The notes below the pieces were generated by a model that worked only from the letters and a program-made list of their open reading frames with translations, was not told where the DNA came from and searched no databases. DNA of 64,000 bases from Octopus sinensis (Eukaryota): the NCBI RefSeq assembly GCF_006345805.1, contig NC_043018.1, positions 1,922,001-1,986,000 of the forward strand. The letters are read 5' to 3'. This document shows positions 27,884 through 41,002 of this stretch, one piece after another. A program made the position numbers and the translations under genes. The stretch's first letter is position 1. Each line of letters begins with the position of its first letter.

Positions 27884-28993
27884 TGACTTCATCAATGTAA
27901 AACTCTTTGGGTCAAAGCGAAGAACTCTGAAATGTCAGTTTCGACCTCCTCTTGGCTTGCGAAAGTTATGTCCCCCTAATGATTCTGTAAACTACGAAAC
28001 AAATGGTAGTCTGAAGGAGCAAGGTCGGAATTTTTTCCCACCCTTGCTCTTCGATCTTCTTTGTTGTGACCTTTGCAATGTGGGGTAGTGCATTGTCCTG
28101 AGGAAACATCATTACTTTTCGATTCACTAAAGCGGGTCTTTTTTTCTTCAAAGCTTGGTTCAAATGCTTTAATTGCTGACAGTGGACTTGAGCATTGATT
28201 GTTGCATTAATTGGTAACAATTCAACGGGAATTACTCCTCCGCAATCCCACCAGATAGAGAGAAGAACCTTTTTTCCGTGAAATTCCCTTCTCGGTTGTG
28301 GTTGAGCTTTTTCCGTTTTACGAAGCCACTATTTACGACGTTTAACATTTCGATAGAAGATCCATTTTTCGTCACCAGTCACAAGTCAATCCAAAAAGGG
28401 TGAAATGAGTTCTCGAGAATGGAGAGAAGAGCAAATGTCAACTCAGGATATGTGATTGACTTCGGACAATTCATGAGGTATCCATTTCTCAAGTTTAGGA
28501 ACTTTTCAAGTTGTTGAAGATGACGAAGAACAGTTGTATGGTTTGAACTAAACTTTATTGCCAATTCTTCAATTGATAATGCAGGATTTTCTTCAAGTGA
28601 TGCCTCAAGGAGCTTATCATCAAACTCAACTGGACGTCCTGTTTTATTTTCATCTTGAAGGCTGAAAACTCCACTTCTGAATTTTGCAATCCATCTTTTG
28701 CAAATGCTTTCATTCAAGCATTCTTTCCCATAAACTGAGTTTGTTTCGAGTCGCTTCGGCTGCAGAGTTCTTTTTTGTACTCATGAAGCGTTATGTGTCT
28801 CAGATGCTCTTCGGATACTTCCATGTTACAAAGGGTTTTAATTTTATTATTCTGTAAAATAATATTTGATTAGTTTAAATGTACACAAATGCATAAATGT
28901 AATTTTTAATTCCATTAGACATTCCAAAATACAATTAAAGTTCATTCAATTATAAAAAAGGTAAAATCGGACAGAACTTATGGGATGACCTGA
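27884..28993 (-). pseudogene. Mariner (DD34D) transposon relic: left TIR plus transposase, 3' end lost in (TA)n
   Basis: TA|TCAGGTCATCCCATAAGTTCTGTCCG terminus at 28993. ATG at 28824: MEVSEEHLRH..CKRWIAKFRSG..GRP..KWIPHELS..LVTGDEKWIFY..KKVLLSIWWD..QDNALPH..GWEKIP[HPPYSP missing]DLAPSDYHLFRSLQNH..TFASQEEVETDISEFF. Multiple stops and frameshifts. Confidence 0.92.
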
Positions 28994-29034
28994 TATATAT
29001 ATATATGTGGTGTGGGTACATATTCATATAGTTG

Positions 29035-29200
29035 GAATTCACAAAAAATCGAAAGACCAAGACAGGTGTGTAAACAACGAATAGGTGTATTAGTTTAACG
29101 CTCGGGAGGTGAGAAAGACTTTTACGTTTCGAGCCTACGCTCTTCAACAGAAAGGAACACAAGAAAATAAGCAGAGAGAGAATATAAAAAAGCTTTATTG
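29035..29200 (-). mobile_element. PLE-LTR-like short repeat with a mutated hammerhead core
   Basis: Minus strand CUUU CUGUUGA A GAGC GUAG GCUC GAAAC GUA AAAG (A6 changed to U), followed by the tail cccgagcgttaaactaatacac shared with 32190-32285 and 40690-40750. Confidence 0.7.
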
Positions 29201-29469
29201 GCTAGCCGTTAATCATGGTGATATATATACATACACACACACTCACACAAATATATGGCGAGGATACTGTTGATGAAGCCATATATGTTACAGCGTAATC
29301 TTGCGTATATTTATGGTTGTTTACATGTCTATCTTTTTATACGAGTCTGTATGTCTATTATGTTCTTCGAATATACTCTAACATCAGAATTGAGTGATCA
29401 TTGCTCCTTTCATCTGTGTGTGTCACTTTCTGTCACTTTCTTTATACATACATACATACATACATACAT

Positions 29470-29519
<50 letters not shown>

Positions 29520-30252
29520 TATATATATATATATAGTCAATATACATATATATATATAGTCAATAATAAGAGGGTAAAATTAATTAATTATTTATTAATC
29601 AATAATTTTACCAAGTAGTGTTCAGTATGTAAAAAGACCATTTACGGTGTATTTAAAACATTACGTTATATAATTAGGGTTCAGTAAAAAAATTTACTTT
29701 ACCACACACCGAACTTTTAGAAATAGCAGCCAAAGAATTTAGCTATTTCTCCTACTATAAGAAGAGTCTCCCAGACAATGTATTCTCAAAAATAATTCAA
29801 GTAGGTATAGAGGGGAAAATAACGTGTGTATGTGCATTCTGACCGAGCTGAATACCTTCGCGAAGAGAGCAGCACACTACCAATTGATATTCATTTTTAC
29901 AATTCTTTATCCATTCAGATATTTTTAACTGGTGGACTATAAATCATAGTGTTAGGCAGATATCGCATGTGTTTATATATGCGCGCACGTGTGTGTGTCT
30001 GCATCTAACTATACATGTTCGTACACATGCATCTGTTATTTCAACTGTACTAACATATACCTCTCAGTTGGTGACATGGATAATATGACTATAGGGTCTA
30101 CCTTTTTTTTCTGCTACACACATACACACTCACTCACTCACACACACACTCACACAAATATATGTATTAGAGGAAAAGGACAGCAAAAGCCAAGGCAGGA
30201 CGAGTATCTCTAGTCATTTATAATAATTTAATTAGTGTAAGGTGAATGTTAA

Positions 30253-30328
30253 ATCTTACAGCTGTTTCTGGGATATCCTAAATGATCGGCCAGCATGTCC
30301 GTGCACTGGGATTTCCCTCATCAGAGAC
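30253..30328 (-). ncRNA. Minimal type I hammerhead ribozyme motif
   Basis: GUCU CUGAUGA GGGAAAUCC-(30 nt)-GGAUAUCCC A GAAAC AGCU GUA AGAU. Core boxes intact, stem II 8/9 bp, palindromic stem III ACAGCUGU, one extra A before GAAA. Confidence 0.7.
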
Positions 30329-30580
30329 AAGGTGGACATGTATGAAACTTCTAGACAGGGAAATTCACAGTGTATAAAGAATAAAATAGAAGAATAAAGA
30401 ATAAAGTAGATAGACGGATACAGACATGAGAATAAAGTTCACAGTTCATCTTTTTCCAGAGGGTAGGAAGGTTGGTCCGTACTTCTGTGAAGGTATAAGC
30501 ACTTAGGTATAATTCTAGGTAAATTCAGGCAGTATTTTGGCCGTAACTTGAATGACGCTTTCATGTTGAAGCAATGGATC

Positions 30581-30628
<48 letters not shown>

Positions 30629-30819
30629 ATTTTATGTGTATATGTGCTCGTGCGCGTGTGTGTGCGTATGTGTCATCGTCATAATCTAGTCGAGCTTGGT
30701 CGGACATTTTTAATCCGCGCACACCATCCATATCTTGGTCCCGCATTAGTTGAGAGAGAGATTCAGGGAATCACACACTGCCTATTAATACATATGTTAT
30801 CTTCTGACGACTTGCTGGT

Positions 30820-31400
30820 GCCAGTAGTATTCAAATAACCCTGGTATTTGGTATTCCTGAGGAAACCACAGCAGTAATTATCATTCTTTATAACTACACC
30901 AAATCAATGGTAAGTTACCCAGACAAAGGCACAAGTTTCTTTGAAGTTAAAGCCTGACAACTCCCGGATGACACACTGACACCTTTGTGATCTCTTTCGA
31001 TTATGTCTTCATAACATCACTTCAGAATTGAAACCCCTAGGTTTCCTACTTGCGAAAGGAACACAGATCGGACATCCAGCACGAAACAACCGGTGTAGAC
31101 AACATTCTTGATTTAGCTGAACTGCTGATAAAATATCGATCTCCAGCCAATAACTTCATAGTCTAGAATTAGCTGCACATTATGTTAGATTACTTGTTAA
31201 TCCTGGTAAAGCCAAGTTCATCGCTCACTATCAACAAGGATCTATCCGCAACATCAGCGGAGACCCCTTCAATCAAGTTCAGGAGTCCACGTATCTCGGT
31301 TTTTTGAGATACCTCAACTGTAAAGGATGACAAACACTCGGACAAGCAAAGCACGGTCTGACTAAACAAACCAAACGTTGTCTGGAAATCAACGCTGTGA
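30820..31400 (+). pseudogene. RTE-clade LINE reverse transcriptase fragment
   Basis: GIPEETTAVIIILYNYTKSMVSYPDKGTSFFEVKA*QL..DTL.PF.VISFDYVF..LELAAHYVRLLVNPGKAKF..QVQESTYLG..VVWKSTL (frameshifted). Confidence 0.8.
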
Positions 31401-31742
31401 GTATGCGCGCACACACACACAAAACACACACACACATACACACACACACATACACACACACACATACATATATATATACATATATATATATAAATTTATA
31501 AATAAGGATAATATCGATATTATCAAGTGGCCAGCATGGGAAAAATGCCATACAAAGGTAATAATTTTTTACAACTAAATCTTTTTGCTAGTCTATTTTG
31601 TCCCTCTGTCTTATCTCATGGTGCGATATGAACATTTAAGGTAGTTTTTAGAGTCAGGGATTTGACTGCTATTTCGGCATGGTGGTGTCTCTCAGACACC
31701 CTTATTTTTAATTGTAAAAAAATATATATATATATATATATC

Positions 31743-31778
<36 letters not shown>

Positions 31779-31793
31779 GTATATATATATATA

Positions 31794-31946
31794 CGAGAGC
31801 TGATCAGTAAGTATCCGGGCTGTTGGCATACTAACGAAGCTAAAGCACGGAGAGTGAAGCTGCTTGACGCAGATTCACCTTGAACTCTGCTGTGCATGCG
31901 CACAAGTTTAACGTTCTAGCTCACTTTTTTCTGTCTACAGCCCACG
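31794..31946. mobile_element. Short Tc1/mariner-type MITE in a (TA)n array
   Basis: TA|CGAGAGCTG start and CAGCCCACG|TA end; imperfect TIRs, TA flanks. Confidence 0.45.
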
Positions 31947-31967
31947 TATATATATATATCACGTATA

Positions 31968-32005
<38 letters not shown>

Positions 32006-32149
32006 AACGCATATATATACATATACATATACATATATATATATACATATATATGTAAACGTCCGAAGTCAGGACGCCATGATAGATCGTTTGCTCCTAC
32101 ACGCATTTTTTTCTCTCCTTGTTTCTCTCCTTGTTTTTTTTTCTGTGTA

Positions 32150-32187
32150 TCTTTCTGACGAAGAGCGTAGGCTCGAAACGTAAAAGA
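32150..32187 (+). ncRNA. Minimal type I hammerhead ribozyme motif (intact member of the GAGC/GCUC family)
   Basis: UCUUU CUGACGA A GAGC GUAG GCUC GAAAC GUA AAAGA. Stem I 5 bp, stem II 4 bp, stem III reduced to the palindrome ACGU. Confidence 0.75.
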
Positions 32188-32733
32188 CTTGTTCTATTTC
32201 TATTCCTGAGCGCCATACTAATACATTTGTTTGTTTGTACTCCACCTGCCTTCGTCTTTTGTTTATTTTCGTAAACATTCCCGTTATATATAAACGTATA
32301 TGTATATATGTGTGTGTGTGCATCTGTATTCATAAGTGTGTGCCTGTGTATATATCTATATATCTATATATATACAATCATACATGCATACATACATACA
32401 TGCATACATACATACATACATAAATATATACATACATACATGCACACATACACCACGGCCCTATATTAACGCAATGTTACCTTGCTTTCCTTCAGAATTT
32501 CCTTCAGTATTTCAACATCGAGCATTTTGGCTGCTGTTTCTAAAACGTCAGATGACTGCGTTCTGCATCCCACGTTGATTCGTGTCACTCTATGCTGCTT
32601 ATATTGTTTCTGCCCAGATCACATTGGATCCGAGCAACCTATGATCGCATTCGTCCCACTGTGACCAACAAATATTCATAATTTTGGAGTCTCGTTTTTT
32701 TGTCACTTTTTCAGGAATAGGTGTATCTTAGAG

Positions 32734-33428
32734 CAGTGCTTCTCAACCTATCTAACGTGGCATACCAGCAGTTGTTTTTTTATTCCAGTGTGCCAGGGAC
32801 TGGTACTGTTTCTTAGGAATAATAATTTCTACAGGAAACAATATATATTAAATGGTGGTATGTTGTCAGCTTAATGTGACAGTCCCATGAAAGGGAATAA
32901 TACTACAGCTATTTAGCCCTAGGAAGTACCTCTTCCTGTCAGCCTTCAAGCCATGCTACTCCAGACTGATGACGAGCAATGACTCAGAAACTAGTCTATG
33001 TTTGCTGGCTTTGCTGGGTGGAGGTGCTTATCTCCCCTTTCTAAACACAAGGACGCAAGAAATGTGTCAAGGCTGACAGTAAGCAATGCTTCCTAGGGCT
33101 AAATAGCAGTAGTATTCTTCCCTTTCATGGGACTATCACGTTAAGTTGACAACATAATACCATTTTATCGTGTAACTACAGAATAAATCTCTCTGAGAGA
33201 TTTAGAAATTTATTATTTCTATTAATATATTTATAACGAATATAATAAAAGTTGACAATATTTTTAATCGTTTATTTATTTTGTAAACAAATAATAAATA
33301 TTATGTAAGCATTTTATAAGCGTCTTATAATGTTTCTTTCTTTTCTGGAAACTCACCGCGTCTCGGCAGCTGATGACTCGGGGACCAGACCGGCACCGGT
33401 CTCCGGACCACGATTTTGAGTAGCACTG
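32734..33428. mobile_element. hAT (Charlie-like) MITE with a nested fold-back element
   Basis: TIRs CAGTGCTTCTCAA / TTGAGTAGCACTG; 8-bp TSD TCTTAGAG (32726-32733) / TCTTAGAC (33429-33436). Confidence 0.8.
32850..33165. mobile_element. Fold-back element with 97-bp inverted arms and a hammerhead motif in the spacer
   Basis: Arms 32850-32946 and 33069-33165 (about 85% identical by eye). HHR at 32962-33000: CAGA CUGAUGA C GAG CAAUGA CUC A GAAAC UA GUC UAUG. Confidence 0.75.
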
Positions 33429-34602
33429 TCTTAGACTACATTATGCAAAATGACCCTTAATTTCCTCGAGACTTTAGGGTATAATTGGAAGCAGATTTAC
33501 CTAATGCCTCTAGCAAATCAAGCAAAGATATGTAACATCTCCCTTACTGGATCTGAATTCTCTGTATTGGTGTCGTTGTCATCGTTGCTGTTATAGTTGT
33601 CATTGGTCGTGAAGTCGTTGTTGTTGTTGTTATTATAGTTGCTGTAACCGTTATTGTTAATGTCGTTTCTGTTGTTTCTGGCTAATATCGCCAATTCTTA
33701 TTGTATCGTTTCGTTTATATTTAACACTATACTGTACTCTTTAACCATGCAATTTAACATTTACTTTTAATTCCATCCTCCTCCTCGCCCTCCTTCTTCT
33801 TCGACTCCGTCGCCATCGTCGCCGACGTCTACTACTACTACTACTACTACTACTACTATTACTACTACTACTGCTACAACTACTACTACTACTATTATTA
33901 TTATTACTACTAATGCTACTACTAATACTACTACTACTACTACTATTATTGTTATTATTATTACTATTACTACTACGACTACTTCTGTTTCCTCTACCAC
34001 CACCACTACTACTACACCAAACTTTCCTTCTTCTCCATTTCTCGTCGTCGTCGTCGTCGTCGTCCTCATCTTCGTTTCCTTTGTCTTCTCCTTCCTTTTG
34101 TCTTTTCCGCCATGTTTCTTCTTATTTTATCCGCCATTACTAACACGACATTTCGACATTGTTTTCCATGATCGAAGTTATTTACTCTGAATTTTCTCTG
34201 CGTGAAGATGGATCTAACTACACTCTCACCATTTTATTGGCTTTCTTGATGCTTGACAGCGCTCACTCTCTCTCTCTCCCTCTCCTTCTCACCTCTCTCC
34301 ATCACCCTCTCTCTCTCTTATCTATCTATCTATCTGATTATTTATACCTGTTCCTCTATCCCACGGTATTCTCTATATATCCGCATGTCTCCCACTGTCT
34401 CTCAATCTCTGTCCCTGCCTTTCCCCCTTGCTCTCCTCTCTCACTTTCCCTCTCTCCCTCTCTCTCTCTCTCCCTCTACCTCTGCCCAACCTTCCCTCAC
34501 ACACACACGCGTCCGTTTCTCTATATCTGAAGGTGTTTTCTATCTAACAATCTCTATTTTTCCTTTCTCCTATCTTTTTTTCTATCAACCCAGCTTACTC
34601 TC

Positions 34603-34648
<46 letters not shown>

Positions 34649-34831
34649 ATACATATATACATACATACATACGTACATATGTATATACATACATACATAC
34701 ATACATAATATATATAACATATATATATATTATATATATACCTATATATAAATCTATATATTTTTCTCTCTATCTCTATTGATTTATATATCTATCTGCC
34801 TGTATATCTGTCTCTCTCACTCTCTATTTCT

Positions 34832-34867
<36 letters not shown>

Positions 34868-35313
34868 ACCTGTCTATCTACCTGTCTATCATACTTTCTT
34901 ACTCTCTGTCTCTTTCTAGCCATCTTTTTTTCATGTTAATTACTGCCCTATTGTCTATATCCTCTTGTCGTCTTCTCTCTCTCTCTCTCTGTCATTCTTT
35001 CTCCATCTCCTCCTATCTCTCCCTCTCTTCTTCCTCTCTCTCCCCGCCCCTCTCACACACAAACACACTCATACGCACACAATCGTTTATGTACTTTACT
35101 CCGTTTCTTTCATTCTGTCGCCTACATTTGTTTCTTATTCTGTTTGGGGTTCTTTTTTGCCATCTTTTCTTCGCTCACCTACTTTATTACTACAGTCCTT
35201 CGTTCTGTTACTATCAAATCGAGAGTGCGTCGAACAAAATACTTTACCGCTTTTAGTTACGTCATTCGTATTAGGTTTTCAGATCAAACAAACAATATAC
35301 AAATGTACTCTCT

Positions 35314-35544
35314 CTCTTTACTCTTTTACTTGTTTCAGTCATTTGACTTTGGCCATGCAGGAGCACCGCCTTTTAGTCGAGCAAATCGACCCCGGGACTT
35401 ATTCTTTGTAACCCTGGTACTTATTCTATCTCTCCATTTGCTGAACCGCTAAGTTATGGGGACGTAAACACACCAACATCTGTTGTCAAGCGATGGTGGG
35501 GAACAAACACAGACACACAAATACGCACGCACACACACACACAC

Positions 35545-35623
<79 letters not shown>

Positions 35624-35855
35624 TGTATGTATGTTATATATATATATATACATAAATATAAATATATATATATTTATGTATGGTGTGTGTGTGTGTGTAG
35701 ATATACATACGACGGGCTTCTTTCAGTTTCCGTCAACCAAATTCATTCCAAAAGCCTTGTAGAAAACACTTGCCCATGGTACTACGCGGGAAGACTGGAC
35801 CCAGAACGGAGTCGTTGCGAAGCAAACTTCTTACCACACAGCCACTACTGCGCCT
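35314..35855 (-). mobile_element. SINE family B with an expanded internal microsatellite
   Basis: Tail, body and head on minus; (CA)/(TA)/(TATG)n at about 35510-35705. Confidence 0.85.
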
Positions 35856-35910
35856 ACACAGTTTATATAAGATTTTAGTTATGAGCTGGAGACACTGATA
35901 TTAACAGTTA

Positions 35911-36303
35911 AGCGCAGGCGTGGCTGTGAGGTAGGAAGCTTGCTTCCCAACCAGATGATTTTGGTTTCAGTCCCACTGCGTGACACCTTGGGCAAGTGTC
36001 TTCTACTATAGTCTTCTGAGGGGATTTGGCAGATGTAAACGGAAAGAAGTGAGGCCCGCCGTATACGACGATGTGCTTGTGTCTTAGTCCCTATGTTTGT
36101 CCCTCACTACTGCTTGACACCCGGTGTTGGTTTCCCCCCACCCCGTATCTTAGGGGCTCGGCAATAGTTTGCAATAAAATAGGCACCAGACTTGAAAAAT
36201 GAACAAAGTACTGTGGTCGATGTATTCGACGAAAATTTTTTAAGTCGGTGTCCCAGCATGGCCACAGTGTAAGGACTTAAAATACTAAAACATGATATAA
36301 AAT
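35911..36303 (+). mobile_element. SINE family B, head-to-head with the previous copy
   Basis: agcgcaggcgtggctgtgaggtaggaag...ggtttcagtcccactgcgtgacaccttgggcaagtgtcttctactatag. Confidence 0.8.
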
Positions 36304-36500
36304 ATGAAGTTGTCTCCCGCCAGAAAATTTATAACGCTTGAAACATATGTCAGAAAACAAATACATTTTGTCGTTAAAACACGTCAAAAAAGGCCTTAGA
36401 CTGCACTTAAAGTTTTTGGTTAATTGGAAAATCAGTTCTCTTGACCTTTCGCAGAAATTTTGATTGACGAAAGAGAGAGAGAGAGTGGAAGAGAGGGAGC

Positions 36501-36536
<36 letters not shown>

Positions 36537-37046
36537 GGCGGTATTCTTACGCTTGTATTTACTCAATTATCTAAATAATTGCATGGCAAATCAATTTAAT
36601 TAACATATTATTAGCAATTTCCTAACTAATTATTCACAGTATTATAAAAGCTTTCTTTAAAATGAAGAAAACTAAACTAGCAGATATAATTACACAGAAT
36701 AATATTTTAAAAAAACAAGCACAAGTCATTATATATATAAAACAAGTAGATCATGAGTGCATAGTGGTAATCAAGCATATAAAATAAGACTGTGGCACCC
36801 AAGGATGCTAAAGTACCTTTGGGTGCCACCGCATGGTGTCAACGTGGGCGGTGGATGAAATCTATTATTCAAGTCAAGCCTTTTTTTACTCAAGATCCTC
36901 AACAAGCTCGAATTTTGCATTTCTGCTCTCTTAGGGCCCGATAAAATAATTTCGCCTTATACCCCGACGATGTCGAGAAATTAGTGGCTGTTCTCTAAGT
37001 TCTGATTTCAAATTCAAACAATGGCGATCTTACATTTTATAAGAAA

Positions 37047-38226
<1,180 letters not shown>

Positions 38227-38870
38227 TCAATAAATGAATACTTGAATTACTGCATACTCGCGCATGCCCGGCTGCATCTGAGCCTCGTTGATCGATGTGG
38301 GTTGGATAAGGTTGGGGGGGGGTGAGGATATAAGCAGACAGATAATTATATATTTGTGATAATTGCATTAGCAATTATTCTTAACATTCTACGGTAGCTT
38401 TGAATCATATATTTTTATCATCAACTAGAAGTACTTGAAATTATGCGATTAGAGTTGACAGTAATTGCAACACCTATGCAAATAGGTAAAATATATTGGT
38501 TGGATATTAAAAGAGTGAGAGAGAGAGAAGGAGAGAGAGCTAAACAGTATGAGAGAGAGAGAGAGAACAAGGAAAGTAGGTTAATGTGAGAGAGGTGAAA
38601 GAGACAGAGGCCGAGAGAAAGAAGGAATGGTGTAAGGAAGTAGCGGAGAAAGAGAGAGAGAGAGGTACACGTTGTAAGGTGGAATGGCTGCTGAGTAGGG
38701 AAACACACGTTTTGCTTTGGCTATAATTTTGACAATGTTTTGAGAAAATCAATCATTTACATGTGTCTGTGTGTGTACACGCGCATGAGTGGCTTTAGGT
38801 GAATCTATACACAAAACCACACACACACACACACATATATAACCATACATACATACACCACATACATACA

Positions 38871-38925
<55 letters not shown>

Positions 38926-39622
38926 CATATAAAGCAACTGGGAGAAAAGGAAAGAAACGAAACGAAATTATATATATATATATATTATATACATATATAC
39001 TGTACATATACATAAAAACCTACATGTATGTATGTAGTAGGTATGTCTGTATGTATGTATGTATGTATGTATGTATGTGGGTATGTATGTATGTATGTAT
39101 GTATGTAAATGTATGCAGATATGTATGTATGTATGTATGCATGTATGTATGTATGGGGGTCACAAAAATGGCGGAGGGTGCTGACTAGCATCGCTTATGC
39201 TAAATTAAGAGTTAAGTTAGCTTTAAAGCCACCAAAGCGCTATACTTAATGACTGACAAAGGAAGGTAAGTCCCTAGACCTCTATTAACTCTGCTTTTAG
39301 GTTCTAATTGCTAATAAGCCACCCTCATATATTTACATACATATACACAGTATATGTATATAATATGAAACTGAGGAAACGAAATCGTTCAAAGCATATA
39401 TATAAATATAATGGAACCGTGATTATGTATATCAGAAAAAATATAAGTCGAAACAATTTGTTGGCCTTTTAGGGTTTTTATAATTATTTCTGTTATAAAA
39501 TCTTATGTTATGTTATATATTATATTCAGAGTGTTTAATGTAATACTGTAAAATAAATACATTATTGGAGTGTCAATAGTATATCTCTGTATTTAATTTA
39601 TCTATACAATATATATATATAG

Positions 39623-39716
<94 letters not shown>

Positions 39717-39890
39717 AACTTACTTGGAAATGGATGCGTGGCGTTCGATCATATAAGAATATAAATAATATATAAATCTATGCATACATACATACATATA
39801 TGTACATATCTACATATATATGTATATATAGATGCATATATATAGATTAGTCCAGGAAATCAAAAAAACCTAGACAAAATGAAAAACGGG

Positions 39891-40108
39891 AACAAAACCA
39901 TACAAAACGAACTTTTTCCGAACAACGAAAGAAACAAAGAGAGAAACGAGACATGCAACATAAAGAATATTCCCGTCATCAGTTGACCCCTGTTTTATCT
40001 ACTCCACATTTCGAAGGGGAACGGCTGATGAAGGGAATATTCTTTTTTTTTTTGCATGTCTCGTTTCTTTCGTTGTTCGGAAAAAAATTCGTTTTCTATG
40101 GTTTTGTT
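39891..40108. repeat. Inverted repeat, arms about 95 bp, 25-bp loop, with outward-facing CTGATGA boxes
   Basis: 39891-39990 versus 40016-40108. A related single copy is at about 51110-51250. No GAAA box follows, so not called a ribozyme. Confidence 0.8.
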
Positions 40109-40171
40109 TTTTATGTTGTTGCTTCTCATTTTGTCTACGATTTTTTATATCCTGTACCCCATATATGCACG

Positions 40172-40243
<72 letters not shown>

Positions 40244-40350
40244 TAATCCAAACAAGAAAACACAAAAAAAAAACAAAAAAACACAACAACGCGAGGACGT
40301 GGAACAAATAAAGTATTATTGGACGCTCAGGAAAGAAGGGAAGAAGGAGG

Positions 40351-40388
40351 GTTCAACGTTTCGAGCGGAGCTCTTCGTCGGAAACATA
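40351..40388 (-). ncRNA. Hammerhead-like motif with a U4C core change
   Basis: GUUU CCGACGA A GAGC UCC GCUC GAAAC GUU GAAC; palindrome AACGUU. Confidence 0.55.
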
Positions 40389-40509
40389 GGAGAAGGAAAG
40401 GTCCCGAGAAGGGAAAACAGAGGAAACAAAATCGCCAGCGGTACTCACGAGGTCACATATATACATATATACATATTTATACGCATGCGCACTCGTGTAT
40501 ATTTATAGT

Positions 40510-40680
40510 GAGCTCGATTGCCGGACTGGGTTGTGTATTTCACTTTATTTCGCGCTGTTCCACTTCGTTCCGCTGTAGAAATGAGTTACGATGTCACTAC
40601 TACCAAGCTGTATCGGCCTTTGCTTTTTCTTTGGGCGACATTGATGACACGGATAAAGGCAGTTGTAGGTAAAGGTGACC
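40510..40680 (+). mobile_element. Degenerate SINE fragment (body like 43985-44308, different tail)
   Basis: cactttatttcgcgctgttcc..gctgtagaaatgagtt resembles cactttatttcacgttgctcc..gctggcaaaaatgagtt, then diverges. Confidence 0.5.
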
Positions 40681-40689
40681 CCTGATCTC

Positions 40690-40830
40690 TCAAACACGTA
40701 GACAGAAGTATGAACAAGCAAGTGTATTAGTTTCACGCTCGGGATAATGAAAAAGTTTTTTGCATTTCGAGCCTACGCTCTTCAGCAGAAAGGAATACGA
40801 GGAAATATACAGAGAGAGAATGAAAAAAAA
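40690..40830 (-). mobile_element. PLE-LTR-like repeat with a decayed hammerhead
   Basis: Minus strand CUUU CUGCUGA A GAGC GUAG GCUC GAAAU GCA. Confidence 0.65.
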
Positions 40831-40917
40831 CTTGTAGATTTCAGTGGTCCAGCATGCGCATTGTAACCAGCGATGAATAGCAACATCCGATAGCCAGATC
40901 GGTCATATGATCACATG

Positions 40918-40951
<34 letters not shown>

Positions 40952-40961
40952 TGTGTGTGTG

Positions 40962-41002
<41 letters not shown>

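Noticed and set aside
31655-31700. Minus strand ctgagagacacc..gaaatagcagtc
   Set aside because: Core lacks G8-A9 spacing and the stems do not pair.
36792-36829. 11-bp inverted repeat gtggcacccaa / ttgggtgccac
   Set aside because: An isolated small hairpin, possibly a MITE remnant; no termini or TSD.
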